Program-made: the position numbers and the translations under genes
Notes under the pieces: model-generated
The model's database searches: none
What the model was told of the DNA's origin: nothing
The model's input: only the letters and a program-made list of their open reading frames with translations
DNA from: Azolla caroliniana
Lineage: Eukaryota > Plantae > Polypodiophyta
DNA: 64,000 bases
Assembly (NCBI GenBank): GCA_043228905.1
Contig: JBHGNT010000032.1
Coordinates: 1-64,000 of the forward strand
Reading direction: 5' to 3'
Shown here: positions 1 through 12,700 of the stretch, piece after piece
Numbering within the stretch: position 1 is the first letter of the stretch
Layout: each line of letters opens with the position of its first letter

Positions 1-25
1 AAGCAGTGACTAAACGCAGAGTACT
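1..25 (+). other. Residual library adapter (SMART/ISPCR-type primer, also used as the PacBio ultra-low-input amplification adapter), degenerate copy
   Basis: Observed AAGCAGTG-ACTA-AACGCAGAGTACT versus known oligo AAGCAGTG-GTATC-AACGCAGAGTAC(T). Bases 1-8 and 13-25 match exactly. It sits at the very start, outside the telomere. Confidence 0.9.
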
Positions 26-647
26 CCTAAACCTAAACACCCTAAACCCTAAACCCTAAACCCTAAACCCTAAACCCTAAACCCTAAACCCTAAACCCTA
101 AACCCTAAACCCTAAACCCTAAACCCTAAACCCTAAACCCTAAACCCTAAACCCTAAACCCTAAACCCTAAACCCTAACCCTAAACCCTAAACCCTAAAC
201 CCTAAACCCTAAACCCTAAACCCTAAACCCTAAACCCTAAACCCTAAACCCCTAAACCCTAAACCCTAAACCTAAACCCTAAACCCTAAACCCTAAACCC
301 TAAACCCTAAACCCTAAACCCTAAACCCTAAACCCTAAACCCTAAACCCTAAACCCTAAACCCTAAACCCTAAACCCTAAACCCTAAACCCTAAACCCTA
401 AACCCTAAACCCTAAACCCTAAACAAACCCTAAACCCTAAACCCTAAACCCTAAACCCTAAACCCTAAACCCTAAACCCTAAACCCTAAACCCTAAACCC
501 TAAACCCTAAACCCTAAACCCTAAACCCTAAACCCTAAACCCTAAACCCTAAACCCTAAACCCTAAACCCTAAACCCTAAACCCTAAACCCTAAACCCTA
601 AACCCTAAACCCTAAACCCTAAACCCTAAACCCTAAACCCTAAACCC

Positions 648-745
648 TAATTAAACTTAAACCTTTAAACTAACTAAACCTTTAACCCTTTAAACCTTAA
701 ACCTTTAAACCTTTAAACCTTAAACCCTAAACCCTAAACCTAAAC
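648..745 (+). repeat. Patch of T-rich degenerate telomere units (CCTTTAAA, CCTTAAA, CTTAAA, CCTAAA)
   Basis: Sequence from 651 reads ttaaacttaaacctttaaactaactaaacctttaaccctttaaaccttaaacctttaaacctttaaaccttaaa, flanked by canonical repeats. Confidence 0.85.
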
Positions 746-3278
746 CCTAAACCCTAAACCCTAAACCCTAAACCCTAAACCCTAAACCCTAAACCCTAAA
801 CCCTAAACCCTAAACCCTAAACCCTAAACCCTAAACCCTAAACCCTAAACCCTAAACCCTAAACCCTAAACCCTAAACCCTAAACCCTAAACCCTAAACC
901 CTAAACCCTAAACCCTAAACCCTAAACCCTAAACCCTAAACCCTAAACCCTAAACCCTAAACCCTAAACCCTAAACCCTAAACCCTAAACCCTAAACCCT
1001 AAACCCTAAACCCTAAACCCTAAACCCTAAACCCTAAACCCTAAACCCTAAACCCTAAACCCTAAACCCTAAACCCTAAACCCTAAACCCTAAACCCTAA
1101 ACCCTAAACCCTAAACCCTAAACCCTAAACCCTAAACCCTAAACCCTAAACCCTAAACCCTAAACCCTAAACCCTAAACCCTAAACCCTAAACCCTAAAC
1201 CCTAAACCCTAAACCCTAAACCCTAAACCCTAAACCCTAAACCCTAAACCCTAAACCCTAAACCCTAAACCCTAAACCCTAAACCCTAAACCCTAAACCC
1301 TAAACCCTAAACCCTAAACCCTAAACCCTAAACCCTAAACCCTAAACCCTAAACCCTAAACCCTAAACCCTAAACCCTAAACCCTAAACCCTAAACCCTA
1401 AACCCTAAACCCTAAACCCTAAACCCTAAACCCTAAACCCTAAACCCTAAACCCTAAACCCTAAACCCTAAACCCTAAACCCTAAACCCTAAACCCTAAA
1501 CCCTAAACCCTAAACCCTAAACCCTAAACCCTAAACCCTAAACCCTAAACCCTAAACCCTAAACCCTAAACCCTAAACCCTAAACCCTAAACCCTAAACC
1601 CTAAACCCTAAACCCTAAACCCTAAACCCTAAACCCTAAACCCTAAACCCTAAACCCTAAACCCTAAACCCTAAACCCTAAACCCTAAACCCTAAACCCT
1701 AAACCCTAAACCCTAAACCCTAAACCCTAAACCCTAAACCCTAAACCCTAAACCCTAAACCCTAAACCCTAAACCCTAAACCCTAAACCCTAAACCCTAA
1801 ACCCTAAACCCTAAACCCTAAACCCTAAACCCTAAACCCTAAACCCTAAACCCTAAACCCTAAACCCTAAACCCTAAACCCTAAACCCTAAACCCTAAAC
1901 CCTAAACCCTAAACCCTAAACCCTAAACCCTAAACCCTAAACCCTAAACCCTAAACCCTAAACCCTAAACCCTAAACCCTAAACCCTAAACCCTAAACCC
2001 TAAACCCTAAACCCTAAACCCTAAACCCTAAACCCTAAACCCTAAACCCTAAACCCTAAACCCTAAACCCTAAACCCTAAACCCTAAACCCTAAACCCTA
2101 AACCCTAAACCCTAAACCCTAAACCCTAAACCCTAAACCCTAAACCCTAAACCCTAAACCCTAAACCCTAAACCCTAAACCCTAAACCCTAAACCCTAAA
2201 CCCTAAACCCTAAACCCTAAACCCTAAACCCTAAACCCTAAACCCTAAACCCTAAACCCTAAACCCTAAACCCTAAACCCTAAACCCTAAACCCTAAACC
2301 CTAAACCCTAAACCCTAAACCCTAAACCCTAAACCCTAAACCCTAAACCCTAAACCCTAAACCCTAAACCCTAAACCCTAAACCCTAAACCCTAAACCCT
2401 AAACCCTAAACCCTAAACCCTAAACCCTAAACCCTAAACCCTAAACCCTAAACCCTAAACCCTAAACCCTAAACCCTAAACCCTAAACCCTAAACCCTAA
2501 ACCCTAAACCCTAAACCCTAAACCCTAAACCCTAAACCCTAAACCCTAAACCCTAAACCCTAAACCCTAAACCCTAAACCCTAAACCCTAAACCCTAAAC
2601 CCTAAACCCTAAACCCTAAACCCTAAACCCTAAACCCTAAACCCTAAACCCTAAACCCTAAACCCTAAACCCTAAACCCTAAACCCTAAACCCTAAACCC
2701 TAAACCCTAAACCCTAAACCCTAAACCCTAAACCCTAAACCCTAAACCCTAAACCCTAAACCCTAAACCCTAAACCCTAAACCCTAAACCCTAAACCCTA
2801 AACCCTAAACCCTAAACCCTAAACCCTAAACCCTAAACCCTAAACCCTAAACCCTAAACCCTAAACCCTAAACCCTAAACCCTAAACCCTAAACCCTAAA
2901 CCCTAAACCCTAAACCCTAAACCCTAAACCCTAAACCCTAAACCCTAAACCCTAAACCCTAAACCCTAAACCCTAAACCCTAAACCCTAAACCCTAAACC
3001 CTAAACCCTAAACCCTAAACCCTAAACCCTAAACCCTAAACCCTAAACCCTAAACCCTAAACCCTAAACCCTAAACCCTAAACCCTAAACCCTAAACCCT
3101 AAACCCTAAACCCTAAACCCTAAACCCTAAACCCTAAACCCTAAACCCTAAACCCTAAACCCTAAACCCTAAACCCTAAACCCTAAACCCTAAACCCTAA
3201 ACCCTAAACCCTAAACCCTAAACCCTAAACCCTAAACCCTAAACCCTAAACCCTAAACCCTAAACCCTAAACCCTAAA

Positions 3279-3740
3279 CCCTAAAAACCCTAAAACCCTA
3301 AAAACCCCTAAAACCCTAAAACCCTAAAACCCTAAAACCCTAAACCCTAAACCCTAAACCCTAAACCCTAAAACCCTAAAACCCTAAAACCCTAAAACCC
3401 CCTAAAACCCTAAACCCTAAACCCTAAAACCCTAAAACCCTAAAACCCTAAAACCCTAAACCCCTAAAACCCTAAAACCTAAACCCTAAACCCAAACCCA
3501 CTAAACCCTAAACCCTAAAACCCTAAAACCCTAAAACCCTAAACCCTAAACCCTAAACCCTAAACCCTAAACCCTAAACCCTAAACCCTAAACCCTAAAC
3601 CCTAAACCCTAAACCCTAAACCCTAAACCCTAAACCCTAAACCCTAAACCCCTAAACCCTAAACCTAAACCCTAAACCCTAAACCCTAAACCCTAAACCC
3701 TAAACCCTAAACCCTAAACCCTAAACCCTAAACCCCTAAA
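3279..3740 (+). repeat. Patch of length-variant telomere units, mainly CCCTAAAA (TTTTAGGG), plus CCCCTAAA, CCTAAA and CCCAAA
   Basis: Runs of ccctaaaa between about 3279 and 3540, and isolated C-run length variants near 3650, 3664 and 3733. Confidence 0.85.
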
Positions 3741-6700
3741 CCCTAAACCCTAAACCCTAAACCCTAAACCCTAAACCCTAAACCCTAAACCCTAAACCCT
3801 AAACCCTAAACCCTAAACCCTAAACCCTAAACCCTAAACCCTAAACCCTAAACCCTAAACCCTAAACCCTAAACCCTAAACCCTAAACCCTAAACCCTAA
3901 ACCCTAAACCCTAAACCCTAAACCCTAAACCCTAAACCCTAAACCCTAAACCCTAAACCCTAAACCCTAAACCCTAAACCCTAAACCCTAAACCCTAAAC
4001 CCTAAACCCTAAACCCTAAACCCTAAACCCTAAACCCTAAACCCTAAACCCTAAACCCTAAACCCTAAACCCTAAACCCTAAACCCTAAACCCTAAACCC
4101 TAAACCCTAAACCCTAAACCCTAAACCCTAAACCCTAAACCCTAAACCCTAAACCCTAAACCCTAAACCCTAAACCCTAAACCCTAAACCCTAAACCCTA
4201 AACCCTAAACCCTAAACCCTAAACCCTAAACCCTAAACCCTAAACCCTAAACCCTAAACCCTAAACCCTAAACCCTAAACCCTAAACCCTAAACCCTAAA
4301 CCCTAAACCCTAAACCCTAAACCCTAAACCCTAAACCCTAAACCCTAAACCCTAAACCCTAAACCCTAAACCCTAAACCCTAAACCCTAAACCCTAAACC
4401 CTATCACACGAGCCAGGTATGAACATTTTAATTTACTCAAGGGCTCCTCTCAACTCCCTCCTCAAGTTTGCTATTTTCGTCATGTCTCTCGACCTGAGTT
4501 TCAAAATCTTGATTTTATAATTCCATATCATAGCTCGCGTAGTTGGCTTCCATTCGCATGTTTGAACACAAAAATCCGATATCACACGAGCCAGGTATGA
4601 ACATTTTAATTTACTCAAGGGCTCCTCTCAACTCCCTCCTCAAGTTTGCTATTTTCGTCATGTCTCTCGACCTGAGTTTCAAAATCTTGATTCTTTAATT
4701 CCATATCATAGCTAGCGTTTCAAGCTTCGATTTGCATGCTTGAACACAAAAATCCGATATCACACGACCCAGGTATGAACATTTTAATCTACTCAAGGGC
4801 TCCTCTCAACTCCCTCCTCAAGTTTGCTATTTTCGTCATGTCTCTCGACCTGAGTTTGAAATTCTTGATTTTTTAATTCCATAACATAGCTAGCGTTGTT
4901 AGCTTCGATTCGCATGTTTGAACACAAAAATCCGATATCACACGAGCCAGGTATAAACATTTTAATTTACTCAAGGGCTGTTCTCAACTCACTCCTCAAA
5001 TTTGCTATTTTCGTCATGTCTCTCGACCTGAGTTTCAAAATCTTGATTTTATAATTCCATATCATAGCTAGCGTTTCAAGCTTCGATTTGCATGTTTGAA
5101 CACAAAAATCCGATATCACACGAGCCAGGTATGAACATTTTAATCTACTCAAGGGCTCCTCTCAACTCCCTCCTCAAGTTTGCTATTTTCTTCATGTCTC
5201 TCGACCTGAGTTTCAAAATCTTGATTTTTTAATTCCATATCATAGCTCGCGTTGTTGGCTTCGATTCGCATGTTTGAACACAAAAATCCGATATCACACG
5301 ACCCAGGTATGAACATTTTAATTTACTCAAGGGCTGTTCTCAACTCACTCCTCAAATTTGCTATTTTCGTCATGTCTCTCGACCTGAGTTTCAAAATCTT
5401 GATTTTATAATTCCATATCATAGCTAGCGTTTCAAGCTTCGATTTGCATGTTTGAACACAAAAATCCGATATCACACGACCCAGGTATGAACATTTTAAT
5501 CTACTCAAGGGCTCCTCTCAACTCCCTCCTCAAGTTTGCTATTTTCTTCATGTCTCTCGACCTGAGTTTCAAAATCTTGATTTTTTAATTCCATATCATA
5601 GCTCGCGTTGTTGGCTTCGATTCGCATGTTTGAACACAAAAATCCGATATCACACGACCCAGGTATGAACATTTTAATCTACTCAAGGGCTCCTCTCAAC
5701 TCCCTCCTCAAGTTTGCTATTTTCGTCATGTCTCTCGACCTGAGTTTCAAAATCTTGATTCTTTAATTCCATATCATAGCTCGCGTTGTTGGCTTCGATT
5801 TGCATGTTTGAACACAAAAATCCGATATCACACGAGCCAGGTATGAACATTTTAATTTACTCATGGGCTCCTCTCAACTCCCTCCTCAAGTTTGCTATTT
5901 TCGTCATGTCTCTCGACCTGAGTTTCAAAATCTTGATTTTTTAATTCCATATCATACCTCACGTAGTTGGCTTCGATTCGCATGTTTGAACACAAAAATC
6001 CGATATCACACGAGCCAGGTATGAACATTTTAATTACTTAAGGGCTCCTCTCAACTCCCTCCTCAAGTTTGCTATTTTCATCATGTCTCTCGACCTGAGT
6101 TTCAAATTCTTGATTTTTTAATTCCATATCATAGCTAGCGTTGTTAGCTTCGATTCGCAGGTTTGAACACAAAAATCCGATATCACACGAGCCAGGTATG
6201 AACATTTTAATTTACTCAAGGGCTGTTCTCAACTCACTCCTCAAATTTGCTATTTTCGTCATGTCTCTCGACCTGAGTTTCAAAATCTTTATTTTATAAT
6301 TCCATATCATAGCTCGCGTTGTTGGCTTCCATTCGCATGTTTGAACACAAAAATCCGATATCACACGAGCCAGGTATGAACATTTTAATTTACTCAAGGG
6401 CTCCTCTCAACTCCCTCCTCAAGTTTGCTATTTTCGTCATGTCTCTCGACCTGAGTTTGAAATTCTTGATTTTTTAACTCCATAACATAGCTAGCGTTGT
6501 TAGCTTCGATTCGCATGTTTGAACACAAAAATCCGATATCACACGAGCCAGGTATGAACATTTTAATTTACTCAAGGGCTGTTCTCAACTCACTCCTCAA
6601 ATTTGCTATTTTCGTCATGTCTCTCGACCTGAGTTTCAAAATCTTGATTTTATAATTCCATATCATAGCTCGCGTTGTTGGCTTCAATTCGCATGTTTGA

Positions 6701-9700
6701 ACACAAAAATCCGATATCACACGAGCCAGGTATGAACATTTTAATTTACTCAAGGGCTCCTCTCAACTCCCTCCTCAAGTTTGCTATTTTCGTCATGTCT
6801 CTCGACCTGAGTTTGAAATTCTTGATTTTTTAATTCCATATCATAGCTAGCGTTTCAAGCTTCGATTTGCATGTTTGAACACAAAAATCCGATATCACAC
6901 GAGCCAGGTATGAACATTTTAATCTACTCAAGGGCTCCTCTCAACTCCCTCCTCAAGTTTGCTATTTTCGTCATGTCTCTCGACCTGAGTTTGAAATTCT
7001 TGATTTTTTAATTCCATAACATAGCTAGCGTTGTTAGCTTCGATTCGCATGTTTGAACACAAAAATCCGATATCACACGAGCCAGGTATGAACATTTTAA
7101 TTTACTCAAGGGCTGTTCTCAACTCACTCCTCAAATTTGCTATTTTCGTCATGTCTCTCGACCTGAGTTTCAAAATCTTGATTTTATAATTCCATATCAT
7201 AGCTCGCGTTGTTGGCTTCAATTCGCATGTTTGAACACAAAAATCCGATATCACACGAGCCAGGTATGAACATTTTAATTTACTCAAGGGCTCCTCTCAA
7301 CTCCCTCCTCAAGTTTGCTATTTTCGTCATGTCTCTCGACCTGAGTTTGAAATTCTTGATTTTTTAATTCCATATCATAGCTAGCGTTTCAAGCTTCGAT
7401 TTGCATGTTTGAACACAAAAATCCGATATCACACGACCCAGGTATGAACATTTTAATCTACTCAAGGGCTCCTCTCAACTCCCTCCTCAAGTTTGCTATT
7501 TTCTTCATGTCTCTCGACCTGAGTTTCAAAATCTTGATTTTTTAATTCCATATCATAGCTCGCGTTGTTGGCTTCGATTCGCTTGTTTGAACACAAAAAT
7601 ACGATATCACACGAGCCAGGTATGAACATTTTAATTTACTCAAGGGTTCCTCTCAACTCCCTCCTCAAGTTTGCTATTTTCGTCATGTCTCTCGACCTGA
7701 GTTTGAAATTCTTGATTTTTTAATTCCATATCATAGCTAGCGTCGTTAGCTTCGATTTGCATGTTTGAACACAAAAATCCGATATCACACGACCCAGGTA
7801 TGAACATTTTAATCTACTCAAGGGCTCCTCTCAACTCCCTCCTCAAGTTTGCTATTTTCATCATGTCTCTCGACCTGAGTTTCAAAATCTTGTTTTTTTA
7901 ATTCCATATCATAGCTAGCGTTTCAAGCTTCGATTTGCATGTTTGAACACAAAAATCCGATATCACACGAGCCAGGTATGAACATTTTAATTTACTCAAG
8001 GGCTCCTCTCAACTCCCTCCTCAAGTTTGCTATTTTCGTCATGTCTCTCGACCTGAGTTTCAAAATCTTGATTTTTTAATTCCATGTCACACCTCACGTA
8101 GTTGGCTTCGATTTGCATGTTTGAACACAAAAATCCGATATCACACGAGCCAGGTATGAACATTTTAATTACTTAACGGCTCCTCTCAACTCCCTCCTCA
8201 AGTTTGCTATTTTCTTCATGTCTCTCGACCTGAGTTTCAAAATCTTGATTTTTTAATTCCATATCATAGCTAGCGTTTCAAGCTTCGATTTGCATGTTTG
8301 AACACAAAAATCCGATATCACACGAGCCAGGTATGAACATTTTAATTTACTCAAGGGCTCCTCTCAACTCCCTCCTCAAGTTTGCTATTTTCGTCATGTC
8401 TCTCGACCTGAGTTTGAAATTCTTGATTTTTTAATTCCATAACATAGCTAGCGTTGTTAGCTTCGATTCGCATGTTTGAACACAAAAATCCGATATCACA
8501 CGACCCAGGTATGAACATTTTAATTTACTCAAGGGCTCCTCTCAACTCCCTCCTCAAGTTTGCTATTTTCGTCATGTCTCTCGACCTGAGTTTGAAATTC
8601 TTGATTTTTTAATTCCATAACATAGCTAGCGTTGTTAGCTTCGATTTCCATGTTTGAACACAAAAATCCGATATCACACGAGCCAGGTATGAACATTTTA
8701 ATTTACTCAAGGGCTCCTCTCAACTCCCTCCTCAAGTTTGCTATTTTCGTCATGTCTCTCGACCTGAGTTTGAAATTCTTGATTTTTTAATTCCATATCA
8801 TAGCTAGCGTTGTTAGCTTCGATTTGCATGTTTGAACACAAAAATCCGATATCACACGAGCCAGGTATGAACATTTTAATCTACTTAAGGGCTCCTCTCA
8901 ACTCCCTCCTCAAGTTTGCTATTTTCGTCATGTCTCTCGACCTGAGTTTCAAAATCTTGATTTTTTAATTCCATATCATAGCTAGCGTTTCAAGCTTCGA
9001 TTTGCATGTTTGAACACAAAAATCCGATATCACACGAGCCAGGTATGAACATTTTTATTTACTCAAGGGCTCCTCTCAACTCCCTCCTCAAGTTTGCTAT
9101 TTTCGTCATGTCTCTCGACCTGAGCTTCAAAATCTTGATTTTATAATTCCATATCATAGCTCGCGTAGTTGGCTTCAATTCGCATGTTTGAACACAAAAA
9201 TCCGATATCACACGAGCCAGGTATGAACATTTTAATTTACTCAAGGGCTCCTCTCAACTCCCTCCTCAAGTTTGCTATTTTCGTCATGTCTCTCGACCTG
9301 AGTTTCAAAATCTTTATTCTTTAATTCCATATCATAGCTAGCGTTTCAAGCTTCGATTTGCATGTTTGAACACAAAAATCCGATATCACACGACCCAGGT
9401 ATGAACATTTTAATCTACTCAAGGGCTCCTCTCAACTCCCTCCTCAAGTTTGCTATTTTCTTCATGTCTCTCGACCTGAGTTTCAAAATCTTGATTTTAT
9501 AATTCCATATCATAGCTCGCGTTGTTGGCTTCAATTCGCATGTTTGAACACAAAAATCCGATATCACACGAGCCAGGTATGAACATTTTAATTTACTCAA
9601 GGGCTCCTCTCAACTCCCTCCTCAAGTTTGCTATTTTCGTCATGTCTCTCGACCTGAGTTTGAAATTCTTGATTTTTTAATTCCATAACATAGCTAGCGT

Positions 9701-12700
9701 TGTTAGCTTCGATTCGCATGTTTGAACACAAAAATCCGATATCACACGAGCCAGGTATGAACATTTTAATTTACTCAAGGGCTCCTCTCAACTCCCACCT
9801 CAAGTTTGCTATTTTCGTCATGTCTCTCGACCTTAGTTTCAAAATCTTGATTTTTTAATTCCATATCATAGCTCGCGTTGTTGGCTTCGATTCGCATGTT
9901 TGAACACAAAAATCCGATATCACACGAGCCAGGTATGAACATTTTAATTTACTCAAGGGCTCCTCTCAACTCCCTCCTCAAGTTTGCTATTTTCGTCATG
10001 TCTCTCGACCTGAGTTTCAAAATCTTGATTTTATAATTCCATATCATAGCTCGCGTAGTTGGCTTCAATTCGCATGTTTGAACACAAAAATCCGATATCA
10101 CACGAGCCAGGTATGAACATTTTAATTTACTCAAGGGCTCCTCTCAACTCCCTCCTCAAGTTTGCTATTTTCGTCATGTCTCTCGACCTGAGTTTCAAAA
10201 TCTTGATTCTTTAATTCCATATCATAGCTAGCGTTTCAAGCTTCGATTTGCATGTTTGAACACAAAAATCCGATATCACACGAGCCAGGTATGAACATTT
10301 TAATTTACTCAAGGGCTCCTCTCAACTCCCTCCTCAAGTTTGCTATTTTCGTCATGTCTCTCGACCTGAGTTTGAAATTCTTGATTTTTTAATTCCATAA
10401 CATAGCTAGCGTTGTTAGCTTCGATTCGCATGTTTGAACACAAAAATCCGATATCACACGAGCCAGGTATAAACATTTTAATTTACTCAAGGGCTGTTCT
10501 CAACTCACTCCTCAAATTTGCTATTTTCGTCATGTCTCTCGACCTGAGTTTCAAAATCTTGATTTTATAATTCCATATCATAGCTAGCGTTTCAAGCTTC
10601 GATTTCCATGTTTGAACACAAAAATCCGATATCACACGACCCAGGTATGAACAGTTTAATCTACTCAAGGGCTCCTCTCAACTCCCTCCTCAAGTTTGCT
10701 ATTTTCTTCATGTCTCTCGACCTGAGTTTCAAAATCTTGATTTTTTAATTCCATATCATAGCTCGCGTTGTTGGCTTCGATTCGCATGTTTGAACACAAA
10801 AATCCGATATCACACGACCCAGGTATGAACATTTTAATCTACTCAAGGGCTCCTCTCAACTCCCTCCTCAAGTTTGCTATTTTCGTCATGTCTCTCGACC
10901 TGAGTTTCAAAATCTTGATTCTTTAATTCCATATCATAGCTCGCGTTGTTGGCTTCGATTTGCATGTTTGAACACAAAAATCCGATATCACACGAGCCAG
11001 GTATGAACATTTTAATTTACTCAAGGGCTCCTCTCAACTCCCTCCTCAAGTTTGCTATTTTCGTCATGTCTCTCGACCTGAGTTTCAAAATCTTGATTTT
11101 TTAATTCCATATCATACCTCACGTAGTTGGCTTCGATTCGCATGTTTGAACACAAAAATCCGATATCACACGAGCCAGGTATGAACATTTTAATTACTTA
11201 AGGGCTCCTCTCAACTCCCTCCTCAAGTTTGCTATTTTCGTCATGTCTCTCGACCTGAGTTTCAAAATCTTGATTTTTTAATTGCATATCACACCTCACG
11301 TAGTTGGCTTCGATTCGCATGTTTGAACACAAAAATCCGATATCACACGAGCCAGGTATGAACATTTTAATTACTTAAGGGCTCCTCTCAACTCCCTCCT
11401 CAAGTTTGCTATTTTCTTCATGTCTCTCGACCTGAGTTTCAAAATCTTGATTTTTTAATTCCATATCATAGCTAGCGTTTCAAGCTTCGATTTGTATGTT
11501 TGAACACAAAAATCCGATATCACACGAGCCAGGTATGAACATTTTAATTTACTCAAGGGCTCCTCTCAACTCCCTCCTCAAGTTTGCTATTTTCGTCATG
11601 TCTCTCAACCTGAGTTTGAAATTCTTGATTTTTTAACTCCATAACATAGCTAGCGTTGTTAGCTTCGATTCGCATGTTTGAACACAAAAATCCGATATCA
11701 CACGAGCCAGGTATGAACATTTTAATTTACTCAAGGGCTGTTCTCAACTCACTCCTCAAATTTGCTATTTTCGTCATGTCTCTCGACCTGAGTTTCAAAA
11801 TCTTGATTTTATAATTCCATATCATAGCTCGCGTTGTTGGCTTCAATTCGCATGTTTGAACACAAAAATCCGATATCACACGAGCCAGGTATGAACATTT
11901 TAATTTACTCAAGGGCTCCTCTCAACTCCCTCCTCAAGTTTGCTATTTTCGTCATGTCTCTCGACCTGAGTTTCAAAATCTTGATTTTTTAATTCCATAT
12001 CATAGCTAGCGTTGTTAGCTTCGATTCGCATGTTTGAACACAAAAATCCGATATCACACGACCCAGGTATGAACATTTTAATCTACTCAAGGGCTCCTCT
12101 CAACTCCCTCCTCAAGTTTGCTATTTTTGTCATGTCTCTCGACCTGAGTTTCAAAATCTTGATTTTTTAATTCCATATCATAGCTCGCGTTGTTGGCTTC
12201 GATTCGCATGTTTAAACACAAAAATACGATATCACACGAGCCAGGTATGAACATTTTAATTTACTCAAGGGTTCCTCTGAACTCCCTCCTCAAGTTTGCT
12301 ATTTTCGTCATGTCTCTCGACCTGAGTTTGAAATTCTTGATTTTTTAATTCCATATCATAGCTAGCGTCGTTAGCTTCGATTTGCATGTTTGAACACAAA
12401 AATCCGATATCACACGACCCAGGTATGAACATTTTAATCTACTCAAGGGCTCCTCTCAACTCCCTCCTCAAGTTTGCTATTTTCATCATGTCTCTCGACC
12501 TGAGTTTCAAAATCTTGTTTTTTTAATTCCATATCATAGCTAGCGTTTCAAGCTTCGATTTGCATGTTTGAACACAAAAATCCGATATCACACGAGCCAG
12601 GTATGAACATTTTAATTTACTCAAGGGCTCCTCTCAACTCCCTCCTCAAGTTTGCTATTTTCGTCATGTCTCTCGACCTGAGTTTCAAAATCTTGATTTT

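Larger units (their letters stand above)
26..4403 (+). repeat. Telomeric repeat tract (CCCTAAA)n / (TTTAGGG)n, Arabidopsis-type, about 4.38 kb (roughly 620 units)
   Basis: Continuous CCCTAAA heptamers. The C-rich strand is on + at the sequence start, the orientation expected for a left chromosome end. Confidence 0.99.

Noticed and set aside
26-430. Scattered single variant telomere units near the tip (CCTAAA, AAACACCC, CCCTAA at ~173, CCCCTAAA at ~249, AAACAAA at ~421)
   Set aside because: They are isolated indels next to an error-containing adapter and are most simply explained as low-coverage read errors.
26-4403. Interstitial telomeric sequence or telomere-telomere fusion
   Set aside because: The tract has a single orientation, starts at the sequence beginning behind an adapter, and shows no inverted TTTAGGG block.
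4441-4465. G-quadruplex in the satellite minus strand (GAGGAGGGAGTTGAGAGGAG)
   Set aside because: There are only three short G runs, which is insufficient for a canonical intramolecular G4.
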